Positions 9,884 to 19,805 of a stretch of DNA of 64,000 bases are shown piece by piece (within the stretch, counting starts at the first letter, position 1; every line of letters begins with the position of its first letter). The stretch covers positions 384,001-448,000 of the forward strand of contig CAVSTP010000002.1 in the NCBI GenBank assembly GCA_963730935.1. Direction: 5' to 3'. The notes under the pieces are model-generated. The model was not told the DNA's origin and made no database searches. It was given only the letters and a program-made list of their open reading frames with translations. The position numbers were made by a program, and so were the translations under genes. This DNA comes from an uncultured Nitrospiraceae bacterium (GTDB taxonomy: Bacteria > Nitrospirota > Nitrospiria > Nitrospirales > Nitrospiraceae).

Positions 9884-11812
9884 GTGCCGAAAGTCATCCT
9901 CAAGAACGGGAAAAGCATCGAGGTCCCTCCGGGTCATACCGTGGCTCAGGCGCTCACCGCCGGCGGTGTGACCATCGGGCCCGATGTTTTGGCCGCCTCG
10001 GTCAACGGAAGATCGACTGATCTTTCCGCTCCGTTGACAGACGACGCGACGCTGGAACCGCTTCGCTTCGACACCGCCGAGGGCCGGGAAGTCTACCGGC
10101 ACAGCAGCACACATATCATGGCTCAGGCCGTGAAAGAACTCTTCCCCACCGCCCAGTTGACCATCGGACCCGCCCTGGAAGACAGCTTCTACTATGACTT
10201 CGCCTATGACCGGCCGTTCACGCCAGAAGACCTCGACAAAATTGAGCAGCGCGCACGGGAGATTGCCGCCCGAAACCTCTCGGTCCAACGTCGTGAAATG
10301 ACCAAGCAGGAGGCGGTGGAGTTCTTCAAGTCCCGAGGCGAGCTCTACAAGGTAGAACTCATCCAAAGCTTTCCGGATGGGGAGCCGATTTCCGTGTATA
10401 CGCAGGGAGATTTCGTCGATCTTTGCCGGGGGCCGCACCTGCCTTCAACCGGCCATGTAGGAGCCTTCAAGTTGCTGACGACAGCGGGCGCCTATTGGCG
10501 CGGAGATGAACGCAATGCGATGCTCCAAAGGATTTACGGCACGTCGTTTCCGAGCGAGGCGGAACTCACTGCCCACCTGGCCCGGCTGGAGGAAATCAAA
10601 CGTCGTGATCATCGCAAGGTCGGGAAGGAATTGGACCTCATCTCCGTCCAGGACGAGATCGGACCCGGCCTAGTCCTCTGGCATCCGAAAGGCGCCGCCA
10701 TTCGGCTACTGATCGAAAACTTTTGGCGGGAGCAGCACCTGAAGGACGGATACGAGCTGGTCTATTCTCCGCATGTCGCCCGGCTGGATTTGTGGAAGAC
10801 CAGCGGGCATGTCGACTATTACCGCGAGAACATGTTCGCGCCGATGAAAGTGGAGGGCAGCGAATACCAGCTCAAGCCGATGAACTGCCCCTATCACATC
10901 ATGATTTACAAGTCGCATCTGCGGAGCTACCGCGACCTGCCGATCCGCTACGGTGAGCTGGGTACGGTCTATCGCTACGAGCGGACAGGAGTGCTTCACG
11001 GACTATTGCGCGTGCGCGGGTTCACGCAGGACGACGCCCATTTGTTTTGTCGGCCCGATCAAATCGAAACCGAAGTCAGTCGCGTGCTGGATTTTACGTT
11101 TTTCATTCTGCGCACGTTCGGGTTCAATGAATTCGAGGTGTTTCTCTCGACCAGACCAAAGGAGTCGGTGGGGGCCGAAGAGCACTGGACGCTGGCGACA
11201 AGCGCACTAGAGGCGGCGCTCAAAAGCCGCAACATTTCGTTCCACCTTGATCCCGGCGGAGGTGCGTTCTACGGTCCAAAAATCGACATCAAGATCAAGG
11301 ATGCCTTGGGCCGTTCCTGGCAATGTTCAACGGTCCAGATCGACTTCAACAATCCCGAACGCTTCGACATGCACTACATCGGAGAGGACGGGAAGAGCCA
11401 CCGGCCCATCATGATCCACCGGGCCTTGATGGGGTCGATCGAGCGGTTCTTCGGCATTCTCATCGAGCATTATGGCGGGGCGTTTCCCGTCTGGTTGGCC
11501 CCCGTGCAGGCCGTGGTCATTGCGATCACCGACCACCAGCACGAATTCGTGACCCAGGTTGTGGCGCAGATGAAGGCAGCAGGCTTCCGCGTCGAAGCCG
11601 ATCTCCGCAATGAGAAGATCGGGCTCAAGATCCGCGAAGCGGAAAAGGCGAAGGTCCCGTTTATGTTCGTCGTCGGCGACCGGGAGGTGCAGGCCGGCAC
11701 GCTGTCCGTTAGAGGACGCAGCGGCGCCAACCTCGGCACCATGACCGTCGCCGGTGTATTGGATCTGCTCAAGGCTGAAGTGCAGCGGCAGCAACTTTCA
11801 CCTACATCATGA
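9884..11812 (+). CDS. thrS: Threonyl-tRNA synthetase
   Basis: TGS domain, DLCRGPH, RDHRKVG, KPMNCP and GAFYGPK motifs. Confidence 0.98.
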   Translation: MPKVILKNGKSIEVPPGHTVAQALTAGGVTIGPDVLAASVNGRSTDLSAPLTDDATLEPLRFDTAEGREVYRHSSTHIMAQAVKELFPTAQLTIGPALEDSFYYDFAYDRPFTPEDLDKIEQRAREIAARNLSVQRREMTKQEAVEFFKSRGELYKVELIQSFPDGEPISVYTQGDFVDLCRGPHLPSTGHVGAFKLLTTAGAYWRGDERNAMLQRIYGTSFPSEAELTAHLARLEEIKRRDHRKVGKELDLISVQDEIGPGLVLWHPKGAAIRLLIENFWREQHLKDGYELVYSPHVARLDLWKTSGHVDYYRENMFAPMKVEGSEYQLKPMNCPYHIMIYKSHLRSYRDLPIRYGELGTVYRYERTGVLHGLLRVRGFTQDDAHLFCRPDQIETEVSRVLDFTFFILRTFGFNEFEVFLSTRPKESVGAEEHWTLATSALEAALKSRNISFHLDPGGGAFYGPKIDIKIKDALGRSWQCSTVQIDFNNPERFDMHYIGEDGKSHRPIMIHRALMGSIERFFGILIEHYGGAFPVWLAPVQAVVIAITDHQHEFVTQVVAQMKAAGFRVEADLRNEKIGLKIREAEKAKVPFMFVVGDREVQAGTLSVRGRSGANLGTMTVAGVLDLLKAEVQRQQLSPTS

Positions 11813-11822
11813 GAGGTGGCCT

Positions 11823-12329
11823 ATCGTTCCCAAACTGCGGGTGAACCGCGAGATTCGAGTGCGTGAAGTCAGAGTGATCGGGCCGGAAGGCGAGCAGCTC
11901 GGCATCCTTCCGACGCCGGAAGCGTTCAAGCAGGCGCAAGAAGGCGGATTTGATCTGGTGGAAGTCGCGCCGACGTCGGTGCCGCCGGTCTGCCGCATCA
12001 TGGATTACGGCAAGTACAAGTACGAGCTGAGCAAAAAGGATCATCAGAGCCGGCGGCACCAAAAATCGACCCAGGTCAAGGAAATCAAATTGCGTCCACG
12101 GACGGACAAGCACGATCTCGAGATCAAGATCCGGCAGATCAAGGGGTTTTTGGAAGAAGGCAACAAAACGAAGGTCGTGCTGACCTACCGCGGACGCGAA
12201 ATGGCCAATCAGGAAATGGGCCGGGCGGTCATGAACTCGGTGATCGCCGAATTGACGGAGACCGGCACGATCGAATATGCCCCGCGCATGGAAGGGCGCA
12301 GCCTGATCATGATTGTCGCTCCCAAATAA
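11823..12329 (+). CDS. infC: Translation initiation factor IF-3, probable ATC start
   Basis: PPVCRIMDYGKYKY and KEIKLRP motifs; GAGAGG RBS followed by in-frame ATC at 11823. Confidence 0.95.
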   Translation: MVPKLRVNREIRVREVRVIGPEGEQLGILPTPEAFKQAQEGGFDLVEVAPTSVPPVCRIMDYGKYKYELSKKDHQSRRHQKSTQVKEIKLRPRTDKHDLEIKIRQIKGFLEEGNKTKVVLTYRGREMANQEMGRAVMNSVIAELTETGTIEYAPRMEGRSLIMIVAPK

Positions 12330-12367
12330 ACTGCTGTCTGGACACTTAACCGAAAAGGATGCGAGCT

Positions 12368-12562
12368 ATGAAGATGAAATCGCACAGTGGAGCCAGTAAA
12401 CGGTTTCATAGAACCGGGACGGGGAAATTTATGCGCAAGAAAGCCGGCAAGCGGCATATCTTGACGAGCAAGAATCGCGAGCGGAAGCGGCGGCTGAGCG
12501 GCTCAGTGGTCGTGGACAAGACGAAGGTCGCGGCGCTCGAGCGTTTGCTGCCGTATCAATAG
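12368..12562 (+). CDS. rpmI: 50S ribosomal protein L35
   Basis: [12 protein letters not shown]...KRHIL; position in the infC-rpmI-rplT operon. Confidence 0.95.
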   Translation: MKMKSHSGASKRFHRTGTGKFMRKKAGKRHILTSKNRERKRRLSGSVVVDKTKVAALERLLPYQ

Positions 12563-12600
12563 AGTAACGGTCATGGGATTCAACAAGGGAGAATGAAGTC

Positions 12601-12969
12601 ATGCCACGCGCAAAAGGTGGGCCGAAAACACGAGCGAGACGAAAAAAACGACTGAAGCTGGCAAAAGGGCAGTATGGCGCAAAAAGCCGGCTATTTCGTT
12701 CGGCGACGGAATCGGTGGACAAGGGACAGCAGTACGCCTATACGGGACGCAAAAACCGAAAGCGGGACTTCAGGGCGCTGTGGATCGCGCGAATCAGCGC
12801 GGCAACCAGAGCCCATGGGCTCACGTATGCCCGCTTCATTAATGCGCTGAAGAAGGCCAACATCTTGTTGGACCGCAAGGTACTGTCCGACATGGCGATC
12901 AAGGATACCGCGGGATTCGAGCAACTGGTCGGGCTCGCTAAGCAGCACCTCACCCCCGCAACCGCGTAG
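12601..12969 (+). CDS. rplT: 50S ribosomal protein L20
   Basis: [16 protein letters not shown] and [10 protein letters not shown] motifs. Confidence 0.97.
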   Translation: MPRAKGGPKTRARRKKRLKLAKGQYGAKSRLFRSATESVDKGQQYAYTGRKNRKRDFRALWIARISAATRAHGLTYARFINALKKANILLDRKVLSDMAIKDTAGFEQLVGLAKQHLTPATA

Positions 12970-13043
12970 ATCACGAGACCTGCCAAGCGTTCTGCTTCCT
13001 GGCACCCAAGTGAGCGGAGGGCGACGACGGGTCGTTCTCCGGC

Positions 13044-14762
13044 TTACTGATGGTCGATCAGCTGCGACAGGTTGACGTCGAAGGCAACGACCGGAACGCC
13101 GATCTGCCAGCGCTCGAGGACTTCGGGATGCAGTTCCCCGATCACGCCCATCGTTTTACCAGAGAGCACGATCTTTCCAGCCCGGCCTTCCAGAAACGCC
13201 GGATGCGGCACCGGCTCGAGGGCATATTCCTTCCCCAAATGATAGAACAAGACATCGAGACAGGAATGGATCTCTGAAAAGTGCGCGGTCGCATGTGCGA
13301 TCATGGCGCCGAGGACAGTTTCTGTCCGCGAACCGAGTTCGTGACTGGGATCAGGAATCGCCACATCCCCCGCCTCGAACAACCGATGCGGGTAGAACGC
13401 TCGGCTCGAGGCAGCTTCTACCCGCAACAGCGACGGCAGCATCCATTGGCGTAGGCAGGAAAAACTCAAGGTCATGACATTGTCGACTTCCACCCTCTTG
13501 CCCCACGGAGTGCCAGACAAACGCATCCAATCGCAATACTGCTCGGGCGCCCCCAAGATGTTAGAGATGATCTCCTGAAATCCCATGCCCACCATGAAGT
13601 TTCTGGCTCGATCGGCAGTTTGTTCGATCTTCGAAAGGCCTCCCACGGTGAATTGCGCCGGCATGACGGGAGAAAATTCTGCGTAGCCTCGGCTCATGGC
13701 CACATCTTCCACCACGTCCATGGCATGCATCACATCCTGTCGGTAGGGAGGCAGCTTCGCCTTAACCGAACCGGTCTGTGACGTAACCTCATAGCCGTAC
13801 ACTTGCAGCGCCTCTTTGACCGCCTGCGCACCAAGCTTTTGGCCAAGCGCCTGCTCGATCGTATCGAGGGAAATTGTTCGTGATCGGCCAAGGTCCTGGG
13901 GCGTCACGACGCGTTTCCCTAGCGGGGTCTTTTGGGGATATACCACTTCGATGGGCTCGATGGTGGCGCCGCGGTCGGCCAGATTCGCGGCAAAAATATT
14001 GAGGGTCAACACCACCATTGAAAGATCCGTCCCCGTGACCTCTATGAACAATTCGTCGTCTCCTGGCCGTACCTCCCCGATTTCGCGGCTGTTGATGATC
14101 GGCGGAAACGACAACACCTGTTGTTTGGCATCCCTGAGAATCGGTACATGCTCATGGCCTGCGAGAATGTGGCCGTGCTCCAAGCCCTTGGGATGAATCA
14201 TCAGAATTTCGGACAGCGTCATGACGGTCTCCATCCCCAAAGGGGTGAACCGTGCCGCGTCGCGCTCAACCAATTCATACGTCACAGGAAAGTGAATGTT
14301 GTTGAGCTGATATAAACCGATGGAGACGGTCCTGCGTTTATGCCCATAAATATCCGCCAGTTTCTCCTGCGATTGAATGAGCTGAGCCAAGCCTTCATCG
14401 GTCACCCGGTAGCCTCTGGCCGTGCAAGCTGCGACAAAGGGCCGCACCTGTGCCAGTCCTGGTGCGACGACCACACGTCGGGTAATTTTCGACTTCTTCG
14501 ATAAAAACGGATAGGGTTTCAACTTCCCTTCTTGTTTGATGCGGATTTGCCGTGCGATCCCTTCACAACTCCAGAGGTCGGGACGGTTGCTGTCTTGCAG
14601 TTCGATGCGCAATTCGCCCGTTTCCGCGACGTGCTCCTTCAGTTCACCCTTCACCAACATGAGCCAATCCTCGAGACGCTCAATTGACACCGGTCGCTTG
14701 TTTTGCGGATCCGCGCCAAGGAGCGATTCAAAATCCTTTTTAAAAATGGAAATTGTCGGCAT
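13044..14762 (-). CDS. pheT: Phenylalanyl-tRNA synthetase beta subunit, archaeal/eukaryotic-type (short)
   Basis: MPTISI start, NRPDLWS, VLSFPPIINS, PPYRQD and GELHPEVL; 572 aa with no recognisable bacterial OB or FDX-ACB domains. Confidence 0.92.
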   Translation of the reverse strand: MPTISIFKKDFESLLGADPQNKRPVSIERLEDWLMLVKGELKEHVAETGELRIELQDSNRPDLWSCEGIARQIRIKQEGKLKPYPFLSKKSKITRRVVVAPGLAQVRPFVAACTARGYRVTDEGLAQLIQSQEKLADIYGHKRRTVSIGLYQLNNIHFPVTYELVERDAARFTPLGMETVMTLSEILMIHPKGLEHGHILAGHEHVPILRDAKQQVLSFPPIINSREIGEVRPGDDELFIEVTGTDLSMVVLTLNIFAANLADRGATIEPIEVVYPQKTPLGKRVVTPQDLGRSRTISLDTIEQALGQKLGAQAVKEALQVYGYEVTSQTGSVKAKLPPYRQDVMHAMDVVEDVAMSRGYAEFSPVMPAQFTVGGLSKIEQTADRARNFMVGMGFQEIISNILGAPEQYCDWMRLSGTPWGKRVEVDNVMTLSFSCLRQWMLPSLLRVEAASSRAFYPHRLFEAGDVAIPDPSHELGSRTETVLGAMIAHATAHFSEIHSCLDVLFYHLGKEYALEPVPHPAFLEGRAGKIVLSGKTMGVIGELHPEVLERWQIGVPVVAFDVNLSQLIDHQ

Positions 14763-14765
14763 TGG

Positions 14766-16331
14766 TTAAAACAGGCCTCTTGTCGTACGGATCATGTCGA
14801 GATTATCGGTGAACAGTTCCCGGATGTCATGGATCCCCAAGGCCACCATCGCCATACGGTCAAGGCCGAGGCCCCAGGCAATCACAGGCACGCTCACCCC
14901 CAAGGGCAGTGTGACTTCCGATCGGAAAAGCCCGGCGCCCCCCAATTCCATCCATCCGAGCCGCGGATGGCGCACGTGCAGTTCCACCGATGGTTCTGTA
15001 AACGGAAAATAGGCCGGCAAAAACTTCACTTCCTTGGCCTGCGCCACTTCACGAGCAAAAAGATTCAGGAGCCCCAGCAGAGTCCGGAAGTTGATGTCCT
15101 CGCCGAGAACGATGCCTTCCACCTGAAAAAAGTCTGTGGCGTGCGTGGCGTCGACCTGGTCGTAGCGAAAACATCTGGCGATCGAAAAATATTTTCCGGG
15201 CACGGCCGGCCCTGATGCCAGTGTCCTGGCGGACACGGCCGTGCCCTGACTGCGCAACACGAGCCGTTTGGCCCGCTCGACATCGAAGGCGTACTGCCAG
15301 CCGGTCGACCCCGTCGCCCCTCCGTTGCGATGGGCGCTGGCCACCCTCGTGAGAAACGGCTCGGCAATGTGCGTGGCGTGGGTCGGTTGCTTGACGAAAT
15401 AGACGTCATGGATGTCGCGCGCCGGATGGAACTGCGGCATAAACAGGGCATCCATGTTCCAGAATTCCGTCTCCACCAGGGACCCACGCATCTCCTGGAA
15501 GCCCATACTCACCAGCTTGGTCTTCACCGTATCCAGAAATTCGCGGTACGGATGCTTCTTCCCGATAGCGATCCGCGGCGCACGGAGGTTGATGGTGTAT
15601 TTTCGGAACCGCTTGGTTCGCCAGCCCCCGTCCTTCAGCAACTCGGGACTGAGCTGAGAGACTTCTTCCGCCACACCCTCTTTGGCCAGGTGCTCCATGG
15701 CCGTCATGCCTCCGGAGGCTACCTTGAAGGATCTGGCCACGCGTTCATCGACTCGAAACGGTTCATTAGCATTGCCCCGCTTGACGGAATAATCCATGAT
15801 GATTTGCCGGTCGCTCTCGGAAAAGGTTTCCAGCTCACGGGATTCTCCGTGGAGCTGTTCAAGCAACATCCTGAGACGCTCGGCGGTGGGACTGGGACGG
15901 CCGGTCGACTCAATGCAGCCGCCCTGAACAATCAACAGCGCTCCTTCTTTTTTCAGCCGTCCCACGACCTTGCTGACATCGGAGGGGTCGAGCCCGTCCT
16001 GTAACTGCAAATCTTGGATCGTCAACCGCTGTCCTGTTCCCGCCGCACTTCTCGCAGCAGCAAGAACCTCCTCAATCGGCGACTGCTTGGCATGATATCG
16101 CTCTCCCACCGCCGTCATCGAGACGACGGGAGTGAAGGTTTCCTTGTCGATTGCGAGCAATGATTTGGCGAGCAGCCACTCAATGGCCATGCTGAGCTGT
16201 GACGGCTCCAGGCCCGTCGCGGCGGCCAGTTGCTCGGTCGTAAGCGCTGCCCCCGGATGGCTCGACCCGAAGGCCGTGAGTACCTTGATTTCGAGAGGAT
16301 GCAGACTGTCGATGAGGGAGGAGATGTCCAC
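14766..16331 (-). CDS. pheS: Phenylalanyl-tRNA synthetase alpha subunit, archaeal-type (long)
   Basis: FWNMDALFMPQFHPARD, DATHATDFFQVEG, YFPFTEPS and AWGLGLDRMAM; 521 aa. Confidence 0.93.
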   Translation of the reverse strand: MDISSLIDSLHPLEIKVLTAFGSSHPGAALTTEQLAAATGLEPSQLSMAIEWLLAKSLLAIDKETFTPVVSMTAVGERYHAKQSPIEEVLAAARSAAGTGQRLTIQDLQLQDGLDPSDVSKVVGRLKKEGALLIVQGGCIESTGRPSPTAERLRMLLEQLHGESRELETFSESDRQIIMDYSVKRGNANEPFRVDERVARSFKVASGGMTAMEHLAKEGVAEEVSQLSPELLKDGGWRTKRFRKYTINLRAPRIAIGKKHPYREFLDTVKTKLVSMGFQEMRGSLVETEFWNMDALFMPQFHPARDIHDVYFVKQPTHATHIAEPFLTRVASAHRNGGATGSTGWQYAFDVERAKRLVLRSQGTAVSARTLASGPAVPGKYFSIARCFRYDQVDATHATDFFQVEGIVLGEDINFRTLLGLLNLFAREVAQAKEVKFLPAYFPFTEPSVELHVRHPRLGWMELGGAGLFRSEVTLPLGVSVPVIAWGLGLDRMAMVALGIHDIRELFTDNLDMIRTTRGLF

Positions 16332-16339
16332 CCGAAGAC

Positions 16340-17020
16340 CTATCGGTGGGCGGAAGCCGGCTGTCCTGCCGCCCGCAGCGCAGCGATCGTGACAGCGTAG
16401 TCCGTGCCACAGAATATTGCGGACCCTGCGACGAGCACATCTGCTCCCGCTGCCAGAATGCGCGCCGCATTGTCTACCTTGACGCCGCCGTCCACTTCCA
16501 GAAGCGCTCGGCTGCCGCTTCGGTCGATCATCTGACGAGCGGTGGCGACCTTCCGAAGGCAGGACTCGATGAATGTCTGCCCGCCGAATCCCGGGTTCAC
16601 GGTCATGATGAGCAGGAGATCTACGTCAGGGAGAATCTCTTCAATCGTGTGCAGGGAGGTTGCAGGGTTCAGCGTCACCCCCGCCTTGACCCCCCGTTCC
16701 TTGATGGCCTGCACCGTCCGGTGCAGGTGGAGACAGGCTTCGACGTGCACGGTCAAATAGCCGGCGCCGGCGGTGGCGAACTCATCGACGAAGACATCGG
16801 CGTTTGTAATCATCAGGTGAACGTCGAGAGGAAGCTTGGTCACCTTCTTCAGCGATTCGACGATCGGCGGGCCGACCGTCAGATTCGGTACAAAATGGCC
16901 GTCCATCACGTCGACGTGCAACAAATCGGCACCGCCCCGTTCGACCGCGGCCACTTCCTCGGCCAAACGTGCAAAATCGGCGGAGAGAATCGAGGGAGCA
17001 ATGAGGGTTGTTCTCGTCAT
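16340..17020 (-). CDS. rpe: Ribulose-phosphate 3-epimerase
   Basis: IAPSILSADF, HVDVMDGHFVPN, MTVNPGFGGQ and EVDGG; ATGA overlap with rsmB. Confidence 0.97.
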   Translation of the reverse strand: MTRTTLIAPSILSADFARLAEEVAAVERGGADLLHVDVMDGHFVPNLTVGPPIVESLKKVTKLPLDVHLMITNADVFVDEFATAGAGYLTVHVEACLHLHRTVQAIKERGVKAGVTLNPATSLHTIEEILPDVDLLLIMTVNPGFGGQTFIESCLRKVATARQMIDRSGSRALLEVDGGVKVDNAARILAAGADVLVAGSAIFCGTDYAVTIAALRAAGQPASAHR

Positions 17021-18459
17021 AAGCAGACGTTCTTTAGACGGGCCGCGTAGAACGCGTCCATCGAATCCCGGTTTCCCATCGTGGAGAGGTCCCCGCGCTC
17101 GGTCAAGAAGTTCTGTCCCCCCTCGGGAAGCCAAGGCGCCACCGATTCGCGCCGGAACTCCGCATGGGACCGCAAGAATTGATCGATGACGCCTTCGTTT
17201 TCTTCCGTTTCGGTCGAGCACGTACTATAGACCAGCACCCCGCCGGGCCGCAAGCACAGAGCCGCCGACTCAAGGATCTGAAGCTGCAGCTCGTGATGAC
17301 GTTCGAACTGTTCGCTGCTCTTCCGCCACTTCGCTTCCGGATGCCGACGCAAGACGCCGAATCCGCTGCAGGGCGCATCGACGAGAATGCGGTCGAACCG
17401 CACGAGGCCGTCCCGACGTTCCTCGCCACTCGGGATCGCTTTCCGCCATGAGAGGTCGCGAACGTCGCCGACGATGGGGAGAAGGCTGGTGTGGCGTAAT
17501 CGTCGGCGGTTGGCGTCAAGCAGTTTCAGTCGCCCCTCGCTTCGGTCCATCGCGTAGATACGGCCCGTGTCTTTCATTAATTCAGCCAGGTGCGTGGTTT
17601 TCCCTCCTGGTGCCGCGCAGGCGTCCAGGACCAGGTCACCCGGACGGACATCGAGGAGAGGAGGGATCAATTGGGCCGCTTCATCTTCTACATAGAACTG
17701 ACCTGCATCAAAACCGGGGAGTGACGGAATAGACACTCCTTCTTCGAGGGTCACTCCCACCGGGCTCATTCGCGTCGGTTTTGCCTTGAGGCCTGCCTCA
17801 TGCAACCGGCTGAGAAATTCATTCCGGCTCACTTGCAGCTGGTTGATACGCAGGGTCAGCGGAGGAATCACGCTGACCTGCTCACAGGCCGTCTGTGCAC
17901 GATCGATCCCCCAACGTTCGATCCAGCGGCGGCTCAGCCATTCGGGAACCGAATATCGGACGGCAAGCGCTTCGGAGGCATGCTCATGGATGGAAGGCCA
18001 GGGTGGGCTCGGCTGGCGTATCAGCCCGCGCAACACGGCATTCACGAGTCCACTCCAGTCTCGCTTCAGCTTCCGAGTTTGCGCCTTAGCCAGGTTCACC
18101 GATTCCGATACCGCCGCGGAGGGAGGAACGCGATCTAGAAAGAGAAGCTGATAGGCTCCGATCCTCAATAACATCTGCACGACCACGGGCAGACGGGCCA
18201 GCGGTTTGTTGAGGACGGGGCAAAGCCGCCAATCAATCGTGCCCAACCGGCGCAACACGCCATAGGCAATTTCCACCGCCAATGCTCTGTCACGTCCTTC
18301 CAATGCCGTTCGCGTCAGAGCGCGATCCATCAGAGCCTCAAGACTTTCGTCGGAGTGCTGGGATTCGATGAGCACCGAAAGTGCCATCGTCCGGGAGGGA
18401 GACGGCGAGTTCGGCTCAACAGGAGGCCGGCTGCTTGTGTTGGGTTTGCGAGCAGGCAT
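17017..18459 (-). CDS. rsmB: 16S rRNA m5C967 methyltransferase
   Basis: NusB-like N-terminus, DACAAPGGKT, DAPCSG and YSTCS. Confidence 0.95.
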   Translation of the reverse strand: MPARKPNTSSRPPVEPNSPSPSRTMALSVLIESQHSDESLEALMDRALTRTALEGRDRALAVEIAYGVLRRLGTIDWRLCPVLNKPLARLPVVVQMLLRIGAYQLLFLDRVPPSAAVSESVNLAKAQTRKLKRDWSGLVNAVLRGLIRQPSPPWPSIHEHASEALAVRYSVPEWLSRRWIERWGIDRAQTACEQVSVIPPLTLRINQLQVSRNEFLSRLHEAGLKAKPTRMSPVGVTLEEGVSIPSLPGFDAGQFYVEDEAAQLIPPLLDVRPGDLVLDACAAPGGKTTHLAELMKDTGRIYAMDRSEGRLKLLDANRRRLRHTSLLPIVGDVRDLSWRKAIPSGEERRDGLVRFDRILVDAPCSGFGVLRRHPEAKWRKSSEQFERHHELQLQILESAALCLRPGGVLVYSTCSTETEENEGVIDQFLRSHAEFRRESVAPWLPEGGQNFLTERGDLSTMGNRDSMDAFYAARLKNVCL

Positions 18460-18497
18460 TGCCGGACAAGGCGTGAGATGCGCTAGGACGCTTCCGA

Positions 18498-19427
18498 CTA
18501 GCTCAACTGCATGCCGGCCTCAAGCGGATGGCCGGCCAGGTACTGCCCCGCCGGCATTCGACGACCATTGGCCGGTTGGAGTTCACGGATCGCCAGAACC
18601 CCTTTTCCGGTCGCCACGTGAATGGCATCTTTCGTGAGGGCGGTGATCTGGCCGGGAGCGAGAGTCGTTGCTTCGTCGAGAGCGATGCTTCGAGAAATCG
18701 TCCAACGATCCGTCTTTAAAAAGGTATAGGCCCCCGGCCAAGGCGTGAGACCGCGTATACGATTGACGATCGATGTGGCGGACATCATCCAGTTGACCGC
18801 GCCGTCTTCCTTTTTCAACAGAGGCGCCAACGTCGCCTGGCCATGGTCCTGCAAGCGAGGTGTCAGCTTGCCCGTCTTGGACTGAACAAGCGTTTCCACA
18901 AGCAAGCGTCCGCCAAGATCCGCCAGCCGGGACGACAGACTCCCGGCGGTATCGTCCGACCCAATGGCCATGGTGGCCTGCAGAAGTATGGCTCCGGTAT
19001 CCATTCCTTCGTCCATCAGCATCGTGGTGATACCGGTTTCGGTTTCTCCGTTGATGAGAGCCCATTGGATCGGGCCGGCTCCCCGATATTTCGGCAAGAG
19101 CGAGCCGTGCACGTTAATGCAACCGCGAGGGGGGAGCGAGAGGATGGCGAGCGGCAGAATGCGACCGAACGCTGCGACCGCAATCACGTCCGGATTCCAT
19201 CCGGAAAGCTCGGCCATAAACGATGGATCTTTCATTTTTGCTGGTTGCAACACCGGGATCTGCTCGCGTTGTGCGATGACCTTGACCGGCGACGGGGAAA
19301 GACGTTGCCCGCGGCCCCTGGGACGATCCGGTTGGGTCACAATGCCGACGACACGGTCGTCCGATTTGAGCAGAGCCTCCAGCGAAGGAACGGCGAATTC
19401 GGGCGTCCCCATGAAGACGATGCGCAT
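18498..19427 (-). CDS. fmt: Methionyl-tRNA formyltransferase
   Basis: MRIVFMGTPEFA and INVHGSLLPKYRGAGPI. Confidence 0.97.
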   Translation of the reverse strand: MRIVFMGTPEFAVPSLEALLKSDDRVVGIVTQPDRPRGRGQRLSPSPVKVIAQREQIPVLQPAKMKDPSFMAELSGWNPDVIAVAAFGRILPLAILSLPPRGCINVHGSLLPKYRGAGPIQWALINGETETGITTMLMDEGMDTGAILLQATMAIGSDDTAGSLSSRLADLGGRLLVETLVQSKTGKLTPRLQDHGQATLAPLLKKEDGAVNWMMSATSIVNRIRGLTPWPGAYTFLKTDRWTISRSIALDEATTLAPGQITALTKDAIHVATGKGVLAIRELQPANGRRMPAGQYLAGHPLEAGMQLS

Positions 19428-19507
19428 TCCACCGCTTTAGCACCCACGCGAGACGAAAGCAACGGGCGTGGTTTGACTTGCAGAGAAATGCTTTGTTAGT
19501 ATCCGCG

Positions 19508-19584
<77 letters not shown>

Positions 19585-19643
19585 ACCCTATCAAAGACTT
19601 AGCAACTCCTTACCAGTCGGCCGATTCCTGAAGATAGCCAGAA

Positions 19644-19665
19644 TGTCCGTGTTCTGTCCGTGTTC
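19644..19665 (+). repeat. Tandem 11-bp direct repeat TGTCCGTGTTC x2, candidate integrase arm sites; IHF-like site at 19589-19601
   Basis: Perfect tandem repeat 60 bp after the tRNA; TATCAAagacTTA matches WATCAANNNNTTR. Confidence 0.5.
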
Positions 19666-19675
19666 TTTGAGCAAA

Positions 19676-19713
19676 TAAACCCGCAGGTCGCAGGTTCAAT
19701 TCCAGCCGGGCGC
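19676..19713 (+). pseudogene. Degenerate 3' half of a tRNA (Arg-like acceptor end)
   Basis: AGGTC GCAGG TTCAATT CCAGC CGGGCGC reads as variable loop, T arm (one mismatch) and acceptor 3' strand; no 5' half present. Confidence 0.6.
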
Positions 19714-19735
19714 TCTCGCTAGAACGAATTGTGCC

Positions 19736-19805
19736 AATAAAAGAGCCCGCCTCCCTTTCGGAAAGCGGGCTCCGCTCTTGGATTTGGCAAAGTTTCCATT
19801 GCCGT
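19736..19805 (-). ncRNA. Candidate ~70-nt sRNA, copy 1
   Basis: TTGAGG-16-TATCTT promoter (19838-19811), 5' hairpin GGCAAUG-GAAA-CUUUGCC, terminator GAGCCCGC...GCGGGCUC-UUUU; paralogues at 31041 and 28084. Confidence 0.5.

Noticed and set aside
19721..19736. Sigma54-like motif TGGCAC on the minus strand (also near 24661-24676)
   Set aside because: The -12 GC is missing and there is no downstream gene
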